DNA of 64,000 nt, taken from Camelus ferus (lineage: Eukaryota). The stretch's first letter is position 1, and the number at the start of each line of letters is the position of its first letter. Below, in pieces: positions 1 through 13,432 of the stretch. The stretch lies in NCBI RefSeq assembly GCF_009834535.1, contig NC_045696.1, positions 83,206,001 to 83,270,000 of the forward strand. The letters run 5' to 3'. The notes under the pieces are model-generated. The model did no database searches. It saw only the letters and a program-made list of their open reading frames with translations, and had not been told where the DNA came from. The position numbers and the translations under genes were made by a program.

Positions 1-877
1 AAAATCATACAGATGACCAATAGGCACATGAAAAGATGCTCAGCATCACTGATCATTAGGGAAATGCAAATTAACACTATAGTGAGGTATCACCTCACAC
101 ACGTCAGAATGGTCATCATTGAAAAGTCCACAAACAATAAATGCTGGAGAGGGTGTGGAGAAAAGGGAACCCTCCTACACTGTGGGTGGGAATGTCGTTT
201 GGTGCAGCCATTATGGAAAACACTATGAAGATTCTTCAAAAAACTAAAATAGACTTACCATATGATCCAGCAATCTCACTCCTGGGCATAATATATCTGG
301 AGGGAACTCTAAGCTGAAAAGCTACATGCACCCCAATGTTCATAGCAGCACTAGTTATAATAGCCAAGACATGGAAGCAACCTAAATGTCCACTGACAGA
401 TGACTGGATAAAGATGATGTGGTATCTATCTATACAATGAAATACTACTCAGTCATAAAAAAGAATAAAACAATGCGATTTGCACAACATGGATGGACCT
501 AGAGAGTATCATACTAAGTGAAGTAAGTCAGACAGAGACAAATATCATATGATACCACTTACATGTGAAATCTAAAGAATGATACAAACTTATTTACAAA
601 ACAGAAACAGACTTATAGAAAACAAGCTTATGGTTACCAAAGAGGAAAAGGGGTGTGGAGGTAAATTAGGAGTTCAGATATAAACTACTATAGATAAGAT
701 AGATAAACAACAATGTACTACTGTATAGCACAAGGAATTATATTCAGTATCCTGTAATAACCTATAATGGAAAAGAATATAAAAAAGAATATATATGTGT
801 AGCTGAATCACTACGCTGTACACTAGAAACTAACACATTTAAATCAACTATATTCAATAAAAATAAAAATTAAAAAA
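1..877 (+). mobile_element. L1 3' end (ORF2 C-terminus, 3'UTR, A-rich tail), cut by the window edge
   Basis: ORF 13-228 [19 protein letters not shown]...[19 protein letters not shown] is the L1 ORF2 C-terminal region; ends in aataaaaataaaaattaaaaaa. Confidence 0.95.
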
Positions 878-3178
878 TGTTCCCACTTTTAAAAATATCT
901 AACCCTTCCTACAATATTACTTAAAATACAAACCAATGTGAGACTCAGTTCTCTACAGTAAACCTTTTCTTTCAAAAGAAATAAGCAAACAGTTCTTGTC
1001 CTCAAGCTTGCATTATTAGTAGTTAAATACAAAGTGCTTAAATTCTTCTTGAGCTCCTTTTAACAATGATTGCTGTAATCGTGTCAACTGAGATTCTTAA
1101 GACCATTCTTTGAAACCGAAACTTCAGGGAATGTATGAGAGACGCATGAAAACTTCCTCAAAGGTCAGTCTCTGGGCTCTCAGTCCAGTACTTCTGTAGA
1201 ATGATATCCAAGGGGTTGAGCGCTTTAAAATGACTGCAGTCATGAAATCCGTACTGCTCCTTAGCTTAATCTGCTCGATATATCTGCATATATACATATA
1301 CACACTATGTATACATATACATACACACTATGTTGAAATTCTGCACAAAGATATGATCAGCTTAAGGAGCTGTAAATATGCTATTACCATAGTGTCCATG
1401 TATTTGCACAATAGGAACTGGATTTTAAAGAAAAGCAATAAAAAAGGTAAAGCATAATATTCTTATCCAAGTCCACTTTTGACATGATGTCATTAAAACA
1501 AAAATTGGAAAGTTCAAGGGCAGTGGTGGTGAGAAACAAGGAAAGAGCTAAATCCTTCTACTAAGAAATAGCTAATAACTGCCAGAATTTAGAAAATTAA
1601 TTATACTTGAAAATATAATTTAGTTGGTTTTTAGTTGGTTGCTAGAGTGTTTATTTTGCCTTATCAAAAAGACCAGATATCATAGATTTATATAATTCAT
1701 TGCTTTGCAAAATACATTTATAACAGACACAAAAATTCACCAGCTCGTCCTTTACTGATAAATACCCCACCTGCATGTATTGGTAATCCTGCTCCTAAAC
1801 ATTGTGTGGCGAAGAGAAGTTATGGTTAGAGTGGCAGTTTAAGGATGTTACCAGCTGAAGACCTTACAGGCTGGGGGTGCGGATGGGAAAGGGATCCCTG
1901 TTGCTAAGAGCAGAAATCCTGCAAAAAGGAGGGGATTTTGGGGGATTTCATAAACATGCACGTGCTGCTGTCCCACTGCGGGTGCCTGCTGTGGATGTAG
2001 TCATTATGATATCAAGTTCCCGGGAAACCACAGTATGACCTGTATCTCTGCCCTCACTCAACATGGAAAAGTCCTTTTTTGCTCTCAGAACCTCCATTTC
2101 CTCATATCAAAATCAGACCTACAACTAGGACATCTTTACCTGTTTCCCCTGACCTTCTCTCATGTCCTATAAGACATGTTAAGAAAAAGAAAGAGGAAGC
2201 ATATGTTACAGAATTGGGTGAAATTGGCTGATTTCTATTCCAAGTTTCATAATTACAGAACACTTACAAAATACTAATAATTTGAGTAGATGGACAAGTT
2301 AACAATCCCTATGTAAATTAAACCAGCAATTAAATTGTGATATATAAGGAGCTACTCTTTCAATATAATAGATATTTTTAAAAGGGACCTGAAGATGAAA
2401 TCAGAATGTGCTTGTGTCATCGGAGGATCTCATTCAATGAAAAAAACACACTTTCATGTAAATTGCTTCAGTTAAAACAAAAAAGAACATTCATAAATCA
2501 CGCAGGAAGCATAATATTTTAAGGTATTCTGTGTCTTCTTCCTGTGTACATACTCATATTAGGAAATTTATAAAATTCAGAAACATTCAAAGACTTAAAA
2601 TAATAGTTCTACTGCCTAAAACTGATATCTAAGAATATTTTGATATACAATAAGTATATCAAATAAGAGTAACCTCAGATTTAGTGTGTGTAGTTTTAAC
2701 TATTCTTGAGCAACCGGAAAATCCTTAGTATATAATCTGTTACAATTTTTGCTGTTACAGTGAGTCCAGTTCTGAGTCTGGTTTGAACTGAGTGAACATT
2801 GCAGCTCGTGACTGTAACAGCCCAGCTTCCTCTCTTCAGTGTGGCTAGGTGTTAAACTTACCGTATATATGCAATAATTAACAAATGTATACTGAACTGC
2901 ATATGGCAGAAATGATACGCTATGGAAACAGTCACACATCTGGAGATTGAAGTTTTGCTTATGAATGTTAATTTCTGTATTTCCTACCCCATCTTTTTTG
3001 TCTTGTACTCTCTTTTAATAGCAAAATATCTTTTTTATTCTAAGAGATAGAATTGTACTTGAAAACCGTCAGCTTCTAGAGAGATTTTTATAACAGAAAA
3101 ACCTTTTCTTCCTGCCCCTACATGGGCAGGTCGATTTTCATTGAAAACGACGTCAAGCTGGTTCTAATATTTACTCAC

Positions 3179-3301
3179 TTATGCAGGTGCGTCCATCAGC
3201 ATGGAGTCTGTATCCTGTATCACATTCACAGTGGAAGGTGCCCAGAGTGTTAATACAGCGCTGCTGGCAGCCACCATTCACCACAGCACATTCATTGACA
3301 T
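3179..3301 (-). CDS. EGFEM1: EGFEM1 exon encoding the next calcium-binding EGF domain (frame intact)
   Basis: Minus strand: acceptor tcttcctcctctag|ATGTCAATGAATGT...ACCTGCATAA|gtgagt donor; 123 nt, phase 1-1; translates to (D)[40 protein letters not shown] with 6 Cys and no stop. Confidence 0.9.
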
Positions 3302-5570
3302 CTAGAGGAGGAAGACAGATGGCCAGGATTACAATGTCATTCCAATGTCAGCTTCAGAGAAGTAGCACAGTATTTCTTTGATACACAGTATGTGTTAGAT
3401 TGTACAAAGGCGCTGTCTCTGTGGCCACAAATCTTTGCTTGTTTGATCCATTTTACTCTACAGTATAAACAAGAAAATGTAGATAGAAACTTTATTGAGC
3501 TTTTTAAAGCCCAGCAAAATTGAGCATAGGGATTGCTTCACAATTTTCTCTTCTTCACGTCCTGATTAATTAGACAGATCCGAGATACAGCTCCTTCCTT
3601 AGGGAAGGAAACCTGGAGGGGAGAATTAAAATGAGCTACTCTATCTGGAGCAGCACATAGTAGATAAACATCTATTATTGGTCTGAGGCTGTTGAATAAA
3701 GTCAGTAACAGAGTTAAGACCTTGACTTTCCTTGTGTATTATGGTGGATGTCGGGGCAGAGATAGATAAATTCAAATAAAACCATGGTTTGGAGTTCTTA
3801 AAAAGACATCAATACATTTGCCCCATTGACTCAGATTCTTCCTTATCACTCAGGATTCCGTTTTCTGAAATACTTAGCATGTGTATGTGTGAGGTAACTT
3901 TAACTTAGAAAGTATGAAAAGAGGTCAAGACTCACGGTCACCTATGTCTTATGATCAGTCAGTCATAAAGTCAATCATATTACACTCATCTACCATTAGG
4001 AAAGGGAAATCCGTTTCTCTCTCAGAACCTATACTTCCTTGTACTCTGTACAATCAATACCTAAATATCTAAACCCACAACAGGAAGATATCCACACACA
4101 TACAGAAAGCTTTTCATATGACTGGTGATTTTAAGGCTTTTAAATTTTCTTGTTTGGAGAATTTTTTTACCCAAAATCTGTTTTTTGATATGTCAAAGAA
4201 AAAAATCAAGCAGAGAGGTCAAGACTTAGTGTGGGGAAGCACATGTCTCATGCAGAGGATGTCCCTGACTTCTCATGCCCCCAGTTCCAAGTATTCTGTC
4301 AAAGAATGTTGGGCATAAACATTCTTAAAACAAAACAAAACAAAATTATCATAATAGATCATTAGCTTTATAGTGAGTGAGATTTAATTCCACAGGGCAA
4401 GATCCTTACTTGGGAAGACATCAACATTGAGAAGGAAGATTATTCCAGTGTCTTATCATAGGACCTCTTTATGCTGAAATCATAAGGAATGTTTTGTACT
4501 GTAGTAAAAATGAGTTTTCTTTTCATTGGCACTAGTTTTTGTTATAAAAAAGAAGAAAAAATGGCTGTCTGGTCAGGTCTGGGGGTGATGAGCACCAAGG
4601 GACCTTCTTTCCAAACATAAAGAACATAAATCACAAAATTAGTACCACGTTTTAAAATGACTAGTTTACTATATTATAGGCATTTTACACAGTCTAGTAT
4701 TCTCCTTCTAAACTTAGATATTCTGGAGTAATTGCTGATGTTTTTAAAGGAATCTTATTTTAGCAATAAGAAATACTGACTTTTTGAAGTATTAGAATTT
4801 TTATTGAATTCTGAGTCTGTGATAAACAAACTGCTACATTTTTCCATATAAACTAATATTAAATCAGAATTCTCCATTTGCTACCAGTACTTTGTGCAGG
4901 GCTTTAATATTTATGCTAGCTAAATTTTTATCTTTCTAGCTTTAGGGTATTATTCCACAGGGTTGAGATATAATTTTGAATCTGTCAAGCCCTGAATTAG
5001 ATATCCTTCTCAGGTCTTTTCCTTTAAACATACTAATCAAACTCTTAATTCCCAAGAGTCATAGTTTTATCAACGTAACAATCAACACACCAATATTTGC
5101 CATCATTTGGAGTTATTATAATATATCACATATATGTGTTTAAATACCCTAAAATGTCTTAAAGAGTGTGCACAGATAAAACGATTACTTGTGAAGAGGG
5201 AAGGAAGGTACCTAGACTGGGTGGGTGGAGTGTGGGATGTGCGTGTGGAGGTGCTGGACGAGAGACTTCATTCATCTCCATACTGTTCTGATTTTTCACA
5301 AGAATGTTGTTCAGGTATTACTTGTGTATTAAAAGTAATTTTAAAGAAAGACAGACAATAAGAGCTCCTCCTTTTGCCCCTACCCATCAAGCTTCAATAA
5401 TTTTCTGACAAAAGAAACCAAGTGACTGTAAAAAAGAAAAATCATTGAGTTCATTCCAACGACAAGAGTGGACATTGATTTTAAGGATGAGACTTCTTTC
5501 AGTATGTTTTCAGCGTGTTCATAGTCTTAATCTGGCCCAGAACTATAATTAAAGTACCATAACATATTAG

Positions 5571-5572
<2 letters not shown>

Positions 5573-5608
<36 letters not shown>
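5573..5608. repeat. (AC)18 microsatellite
   Basis: Perfect AC dinucleotide run read directly. Confidence 0.97.
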
Positions 5609-5610
<2 letters not shown>

Positions 5611-6384
5611 GCAAAAGCGAAACAAATTTCCTCTGTGCTTTGAGTCAGATGGCCTTGGGGAAAATATCTTAGTGTTGACACTTACTAGCCTGTCGTCTTG
5701 CCTCTCTGAGACTCAGTATCATCATCTGTAAGAAGGGATAATAATGGCTGTCATATGTACTATGCCATGACTTCTGTTTTCCTTTCCTATTCATGTGTAC
5801 GATTTTGGAATAGATTGCTAATGCTTGAGATTATGTGTAGAAATTAAACAGGTAACTGTACTCCACTAAACAGTGGCGCTAACACTACAAGACCGTAAAA
5901 TGAGAGCACATGACAGAAGCACTGAGCAACACAGGAATTCAGGAAATGGAAAATACACTTGGGCTACAGTGAAAAGGGGACATTTGAGGTAAAAATTGAG
6001 AACTGAGTGCACGGAAAAGAGGGTGGCTAACTCAAAAGTGCAGTAGTTTAAACATGCAGTGTCTGAGATTCAGCATTTAGACCTACCTGTCAGGTTGCAG
6101 AATGAGGTTGGCAAAAGAAAGTAGAGAAACAAACCTAAAATCTTCTTTTAATTAATTTGGATGGCAAAGTGTTCCTCTTCTTGATTTACAATACAATACA
6201 CTTCTGGGCAGGCTGAGACATAATAGGCTGTGTTCACACAGTAGCTAAGCCAACGTATTAACAGGTAAAAAAAAAATCAATCATTTATAGAGTGGCACTA
6301 AATGCAAAGTAATTGGTTTGACTTTCTCCTTTCTTGTCCTTTCAGAATACACTGAATTTACTGATTGCTTGGGCACTGGGTAAC

Positions 6385-6700
6385 CAACAGTTCTCAAATC
6401 TGGCCGCACGTTAGAATCGCTTGGTGAGTGTTTAGACATACCCATGCCTTGGTCCTCCCTTTAAAAAAGTCTGATCTAATAGGTCTAGAGTAAGAACTGA
6501 GAATCAAACATTTTAAAGGCACCTTTCATGATTCCAATGTGTAGTCAGAGTTCAGATCCCCTGATGTATTAATGCTTTAATCACCTAGATATCTTGTTAT
6601 AATGTACATGCTAATTCATTAGATCTGGTGCTGAAGGAACTAACAGATCCAAGGCATTTCTGAAGCTGCTGGTCTGGGGACCCTACTCTGAGTAGTGAGA
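6385..6700. mobile_element. Degraded MER5-type hAT-Charlie DNA transposon fragments
   Basis: cagttctcaaa...ttagaatc...ctgat...ggtct... and gctgctggtctggggaccctactctgagtag motifs resemble MER5A/B. Confidence 0.6.
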
Positions 6701-8229
6701 GTGTAGATCATCCTCTGTTCAACTGTAAATGCCACACACATCATGAATGTCATGATTTGGCTCAGCTTTTCAGTTGTTCAGCCAAAGCAAAGCAATTCAG
6801 CCTAAATAGATGATAAACCAATACTCTGACCAAGACAGTGTGTTTATACTTACATACATGTATTAAATTATTTATCAAAAATCTCTGAAAATAAACCACC
6901 AATATTTCCCATAGTATTTGCTTAATAATAGTTAATAATTTTAAGACAATTTTAGCATTATGTGTTATGAGAAACAACTTTCTTCTGTAAAACACGAAGG
7001 ACATTTTAGTTCTTTTCTGATGGAATACCTCTGATATAGGATAAAACTGGGTTAAATTGCCATGATATTAGACACCCACACTGAAGCTGTCACAAGTGAT
7101 TTTCTTTTCCATCAAGATTCTGCCCAACAGAGTTAAAAACTACAAATGTCAATATTGCATTAAAATGTTATTATCAAGTATACTTCATTTGAAGAAACCA
7201 TTTCTCCAAAATTTTTCTCAGTTCTGTCTTCACGTTAGGTGCTTACAGAAAGCCCTGCCCTTAGAATTGGAGCTCCAGGACACTGCTGGGAATAATGATA
7301 AAGTGATTAGAATTTTTTCAGCATTATCACTGTGATATGGACCAAGGATTTGATGATTTTTATACTGTAAAAGAATGTTAAAAAGAATCAACTATATCTG
7401 CTATTCTTCAGTTTTAATGTTCTATCTCTAAATATTTCTGCTGTATTTATCCCTAAAACTATTTCCCTAGACGGTTACAGAATATAATAGCTTAAAGGAA
7501 TTCACATTATTATCAAATGTATTTTGCACATAAAAGCTCCCCAAGACAACAATCATCCACTTTTGTTTCCAAACAACCAAGATTGTTTCATGTTATTTTT
7601 CTTAAAAGTGTGCAGCCAGAGTTAAGATAAATTATTCTTCCATTTGCCTTTTAATATGCTGTTCTCAGAAACCCATTGATTGGAAATAAGTGTTTCTAGG
7701 TTGCTTTATGTTAAGGATTGCATTGTATCAAAGTGTTAGGTTTAGAGGAAATATGAAAGGCTGTGTTGAAGATTCCACTAGATTTTCCATGTGGCTTTAT
7801 TTTCACACTGCTCTACTCTGCTTTCACTCTGATACACCATAGCTTATCAAAACGGCTGATTTTTCACTTGTAAGTCTGTAGTTCCTGATTGAATGGACTT
7901 CTTAAGGTCAAGGATCCTGCTATATCAAGCATTTTCTGGCATAGAGTTGATACCCCATATATGTTCTACAAACAGATGAATGAATGTGTAGTTCAAGAGT
8001 CGGCCATGCCATTCAGTCTCCGTATCCCCCCACGTTTATCAGTGGGATTTCTTAGGATTGGGCTCTACTCCACCTGCTCTCTTTTCACTCTTGATGTTTA
8101 TTTTTGACCCTTCACAAGTTGCTTTAAAAAGTCCAGGACACAGAATACTTCTTCATTTGCTAATGAACAAATTCAAACTGTGTCTAGAATGACTATCCAT
8201 GAGGTGTTTGTTTGAGATTCATCCATTTT

Positions 8230-8790
8230 TATTCTTCCCTAATACTCAATAACCGTCAGGTTTTCCTTTGGGGGATTTTCTCCCTTTCATTTTAGAGAAG
8301 CCATGCCAATTATGTGGGATTAACGAATACCACTTCTGTCTCAGATCTGAGGTGGGCTCTACTTGACATAATCCTACCTCTATTTGCCACAGTGTTTGGA
8401 CCCGGTAATTTCTTCATTAGCACATGGCTCTCTCAGGAATGAATGAACCAGTTCAGATGTGATCCAATCAGCATGACGCTCAACATACAGGTTGTGAACC
8501 CTGGGACATGGAGACCCTCTTGTTCTGGAAATTGTAATGTGTGGATGTGAGCCTTTCTACAGTAGACATTTTGCTCCCATGAATGAAGATACAGTAAAGA
8601 TAAAGTCAGCAAACAAGAAAAAGCTGAAAGACTCACAGAGAACAGGAGATAGAGCCCTGACTGAACTAGGCCTGAAGTCCTCCCTACCTCTGACCTTCTC
8701 AGTTAAGTGATTCAACCCCCTCCCTTTTATTGTTTAAGCATTTTAAGCCCCATGGTTCTAGTGCTTATAAAAGAAATCATCCTAACTGAC
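8230..8790 (+). mobile_element. Old MaLR (MLT1J/K-like) solo LTR
   Basis: Typical 3' end: gcctgaag...cctacctctgaccttctcagtta...ttgtttaagc...catcctaactgac. Confidence 0.6.
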
Positions 8791-9529
8791 GCATGCATAC
8801 TGTAAAGCAGGTGTGCAGGAGGAAGTTACCAAGTGCAGCTCAATCTCAACACACACTTTCCAAAAATAGACTTATTGTCCTCTAATTAGTAGCATGTTTT
8901 AATCTATATTTCATCAAGGCTTGGGGCAAGTCATGTAGTTCTTCCTTATAGTACTATTGGAGCAATTACATTTCATCAAGATTCTGATGCATTTGGAGAG
9001 TTGTCTCAATTTTGGTTCATTTTTCATTACAAATATTAAGGGCTATCAAACTGCCTGTGCAAAGTTGTGACACATCTGATAGTGCCAGACAGGTTGAAGG
9101 AGGCTTCTTGCACGGTTTCCTCACAGTTCCTCTGGGAGTGGCCCTTCCTTAGCTTTTTCCCCAACCATTCACCTCTGCTTTCTCCATTTGCTCCTTTTTT
9201 GGTAGCTACAACCTCAGTTAGCTTGATGCTCAGAACCAAAATAGTAGTAAGTGAATTAACATTGGTAACTTTGCAGATACTATGGTTTCCCTACCCTTTG
9301 GTCTTGCTATAGCTTTTTTTTTTTTTTTTTAATGTTATTGGTTTTCTAGCCCAGACATTCACCCAGCAATAAAGGTGGCCTTTCTCAGCAAAAACCATCC
9401 AGTTCACAAAGAGGCAAACAAGTACTAGGGAGAAACAAAGCTCAAAAGACTTGTTATCATGCACTGAGGATGGGAGAGTACATGCTTTTGAAGACAATGA
9501 AGTTGATCTGGTCTGTATAGTTATTTAAG

Positions 9530-11600
9530 GCAAAAAGATTATGCTAAAGATGTGGCTAGGGCCTGATCATGGGGGGCCTTTTCTGCCCTACTAAGGAATC
9601 ATGGCTTTACTTATGGACCAGGGGCATCAATAGTGTGAAGAACAGATTAGAGAAGTGGGAGACTGAAACAAGGGAGGCCAAGTAATAACTATTGCCAAAA
9701 TCCAGATGAAAGATGATAGGGCCTTGACCCAAGCCAGCAACAGTGGAAATAGAGAGATGTGGGCAGATATAAAAGAGATAAAGGAGAGAAAATCAAAACG
9801 ACTTGGTTATGAACTGTATGTGATGGAGAAGAAAGAGCCAAGGTCCACTGACTTGAACAATTAGACGGATGGCTGTGGCATTCACCAAAATGGCACAGAA
9901 GAGGGAATATCTGATACTAGAAGAGTAGCTTTGTTTTGGACATCGTGGTTTGATGGGCAAGTGAGATGGCAAGTTAAGGTTATATCATAGGCAACTGAAT
10001 ACATGGACTAAAATCAGGAGGAAAATGTGGGCTGATTTTTCAGCTACCATCTGTCTACCCGCACGTGCCTAAACTTGGGAGTCATCCTTGATACTTTCCT
10101 CTCTTTCACCCATATTTGACCTAATATCAGATTGTACTATATCCAGCTTATCTCCTAAAACATCTCAAATCTGTCCATTTCTCATGTCCACTGACACCAC
10201 TCTAATCCAAACTAAAGCCCCCTCCACATCACCTTTGGGTCCTCCAATATCTTCATGCTGCACCACAATAATGTTTCCAAACCAAAAATGTGATCATGTC
10301 AACCACTCCCTCACTCCTGCCTCAGTTTCGTACCCTCCAATCCCTTCCCATCGCTCTTATGATCAAGCTGAACGCCAACACTATCTGCAGACCCCTGTGT
10401 GGTCTGGTCTCTGCCTCTTTCTCCAATTCTATCCTGCTCTTCTTCTCCTCTTTCTGTGGTTTAGCAACACTGACCTTCTTTAAGTTCTTTGAATACTTTG
10501 TATTCCCTTTTATTTCCTCCTTGCCTCCTTTACTTAGTGAGTATGTTTGCTCTTGTAGATGTCCACCACTGCCTCATGGAGGCCTGCATTTCTCCTTCAT
10601 CCTAGGTCAGAGTTTGTGTTTTACTTTCTTAGGACTAGCTTCCTTCCCTTTGGATTCATTAACTCGCCTATAGTTGTAGATACAAATGTGTGATTATTTG
10701 ATTGATATCTGTGTTCGCATTAAAGACTAAGTCCCATGAGACCAGGAATCCTGTTGGTTTTACTCACAACAGTAATCCCAGTGTTTGGTACATGGAAGAT
10801 GCCCTTTAAGTGTCTGTTAAATAAGTAAATAGAAAGGTACAGAGTACTGGGACTCTCCATATACACAGTAATTCAAGCCACAAGAGTGGACAGTATCATT
10901 AAGCAAAAATACGTAGATAAAGAAGAGAAAGGAGGTTAACAGAGGACCTTAAGAATATCAACATTTAACACAGGCTGAGGCAGAATATACACATCTGACC
11001 AAGAAGACCTTCCAGAGAAGAAGGGGGAAAACTGAGAGAGTCTGACATCTTGGAAGCCAGTGGAGGGGGAGTTTCAAGAAGGAAAAAGTGGTCAACACAG
11101 GGATGTCAAATAGGAACTAGAAAGTGCCCACTGGATTTAGCGATAAGAACTTCACTGATGACACTGATGAGGAGGAGGACACTAATAATAACAAGGCACC
11201 TAACATTACTGAACAGGAGCAGTGTGCCCGGCACTGCTCTGAACTCTTAACATATGTTAACACATTTAACACCCAAAACAGCCCTGTGAAGTAGATACTA
11301 CTATTACTCTGACCTGCAGAGGACGAAGCTGAGACATAGAAAGGTGCTTCAATAGAGTAGCTGAGATTGATCCCAGATTGCAGTGTGTTGGGTTGAAGAA
11401 GAAGAGGGAGACAAAGAAAGGGAGCAGAAAGTTAAGACAGGTGTTTTAATAAGTTTGACTATTGAGAAGAGGAGGTTAGCTGGACAGGAGAGTACGGTAG
11501 AGAGAGAGGGTTTCAAGGTGGAGGAGACTTGCAGTTTAAATGTTGATGGGAAGAGACCAAAAGAGAGTGTTGATTTAAAAAATGTAAAAGAGAGAGGGAA
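9530..11600 (-). mobile_element. L2 (minus strand) interrupted by a second L2 and a MIR
   Basis: Purine-rich L2 antisense motifs (ggcctgatcatggggggccttt, ggcaactgaata...gggctga) resume colinearly after 10830 (gtaattcaagcc...gtagataaagaagag). Confidence 0.65.
10040..10830 (+). mobile_element. L2 3' portion nested in the opposite-orientation L2
   Basis: aaacttgggagtcatccttgat...tgatcatgtc...gactaagtcccatgag...ttaagtgtctgttaaataagtaaat (L2 3' end pattern). Confidence 0.75.
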
Positions 11601-11655
11601 TTCTCAAATTAGTGAAAATCTCAAATCACATTAGTGCATTCCAAGAGAAAGTATA

Positions 11656-12100
11656 TGCTGGAAGAAATAATCCACCATGGGCCCTGAGCACCTTTATATA
11701 TATTTTTGCCTGATCACTATTTACTCAAGCTATTTTTCAGGGCTGTGTTTGCACAAAGAGAAGAGTTAACATCTCCCCCGAGAAAATGAACTGGCTTGTT
11801 TCCACTAACTCTAAAAGGGGTGGATTCCCCGAGTGCAGTGTTTCCCTTGTATAATGCAATCAACCGCATGTGTACGCATCCATAACAAGCCCATTGTGTC
11901 ATGGCTATGGGATCTGGGGGGACATGGGGAATTGACACGAACAAATGAAGCTCTGGCTACTGCTTTTGCCAGGAGTAATAAAGTCCTTTGTATCTGACCC
12001 AGGAGTCTCATGTATTCTGCCATCATCCATGAAACAGTCCCAGGCTAACTGGTTAGTGTAAAAGTAGAGTAGACTCTGAGACCCTGCACAGTTCTTGATA
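11656..12100 (+). mobile_element. ERVL-class solo LTR with 5-bp TSD GTATA
   Basis: GTATA at 11651-11655 and 12101-12105; starts TG, ends gttcttgata (CA decayed to TA); internal AATAAA near 11977. Confidence 0.8.
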
Positions 12101-12291
12101 GTATACGAAACAGGAGTCATACACATAATCAGCTAACACTCTGGGTTAGAGAGCATGTCCACTGCAGAGCAGGAGGACCTGAGGAGCCACAGAGATGGTC
12201 CCGGTTTCTCCTTGTTTCACTTATGCCCGATGATTGCTGCAGCCTTGAAATGATGAATAAAGCATGATACTGGATAGATCTCTATCTTCCT

Positions 12292-12489
12292 GGGCCTGAT
12301 CTGATGATCTGATCCTTTGTGTTAGCTCAGGAAGGTGGAAGGAAATGACGTCACGCTAGTGTGCCTTCATGATATTTTAAAGAACAGTGAGGGCCTGACT
12401 TGATGATCTGATCCTTTGTGTTAGCTCAGGAAGGTGGAAGGAAATGATGTCATGCTAGTGTGCCTTCATGATATTTTAAAGAACAGTGA
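12292..12489. repeat. Tandem duplication, 2 x 99 bp
   Basis: 12292-12390 and 12391-12489 differ at 4 positions. Confidence 0.97.
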
Positions 12490-12524
12490 GAACAACCCAG
12501 GGAACCAACAATTTTGCTACAGCA

Positions 12525-12660
12525 TTAGCTCCTTGAGGGCAGAGATCGTATGTGTTTTGCTTATCACTGTGTTTCTAGCACTTAAGTCAGAGCCTGGCCC
12601 ATAATATATGCACAATAAATATTTGTTGAAAAGGTGGAAAAATGCATGGATGAGTAATGG
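12525..12660 (+). mobile_element. L2 3' terminus
   Basis: gctccttgagggcagagat...gcctggcccataat...aataaatatttgttgaa. Confidence 0.8.
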
Positions 12661-13282
12661 ATAGATTAATCTGCAGAAGAAGAGGGCTCAGCAAAAAAGC
12701 CTGAGAAAGACGAGTAGCAGAAGGCAGACAGTGTAGAATCCTGGTACCCAAGGGGGAGAGTCTTTTTCAAAGGGAGTGAACAACAAAATCAATTCTGCTG
12801 TAAATCAAATAAAATGAGGACTGAAAACAATCTGGTAGATTGGGAAATTATAAAATCTTTTGGCTACAGTGCAAAATGTGGATAGCAAGTTAGCCTTTGG
12901 GGACGACTATTTCTTTAAAATTTTTCCCAAGCCCAGAATAACCTATTCTTTCTTCTTATTGAAAACAGAGCTTCCAAGGTCAGGCTTTCTTGGATCTTTT
13001 ATATTGCTGCTTCATTTATAACATGACCCAATATCATCCCTGAGGAACACAGGGTGACAAGGCTCTGGTACACTGTGATACAATATTGTCATCACAGGCT
13101 CTCTATCTGAGGGAGCAGCAAGCAATGAAAATAAAGCATGTACACAGAGCTTACCACAAACATCAACTTGACATACACTTAATGATATGCAAAACCATTT
13201 CTGTAGTTCATAGTACTGGGCACAAATGGCAAAGGAAGGCGAGTGAGCCAGTAAAACTGAGCTGAACAAAAATTCATAGTTT

Positions 13283-13432
13283 CTTTTTTTTTTTTTTTTT
13301 TTTGAGGGGGGAGGTGATTAGGTTTTTTTTTCTTTTTAATTTTATCTTTTTAATGGAGGTACTGGGGATCAAACCCAGGACCTTGTGCATGCTAGGTATG
13401 CACTCTTACCACTGAGCCATACCCTCTTCACA
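13283..13432 (-). mobile_element. tRNA-derived SINE (camelid Vic-1-like) with 9-bp TSD
   Basis: Reverse strand gagggtatggctcagtggtaagagtgcat...ggtcctgggtttgatccccagtacctcc (A and B boxes) plus poly(A); TCATAGTTT at 13274-13282 and 13433-13441. Confidence 0.88.

Noticed and set aside
12292..12489. CRISPR-like or other repeat-spacer array
   Set aside because: Only two head-to-tail copies, no spacers, mammalian context.
13330..13432. tRNA-like sequence
   Set aside because: Has a poly(A) tail and TSD, so it is a SINE rather than a tRNA gene.
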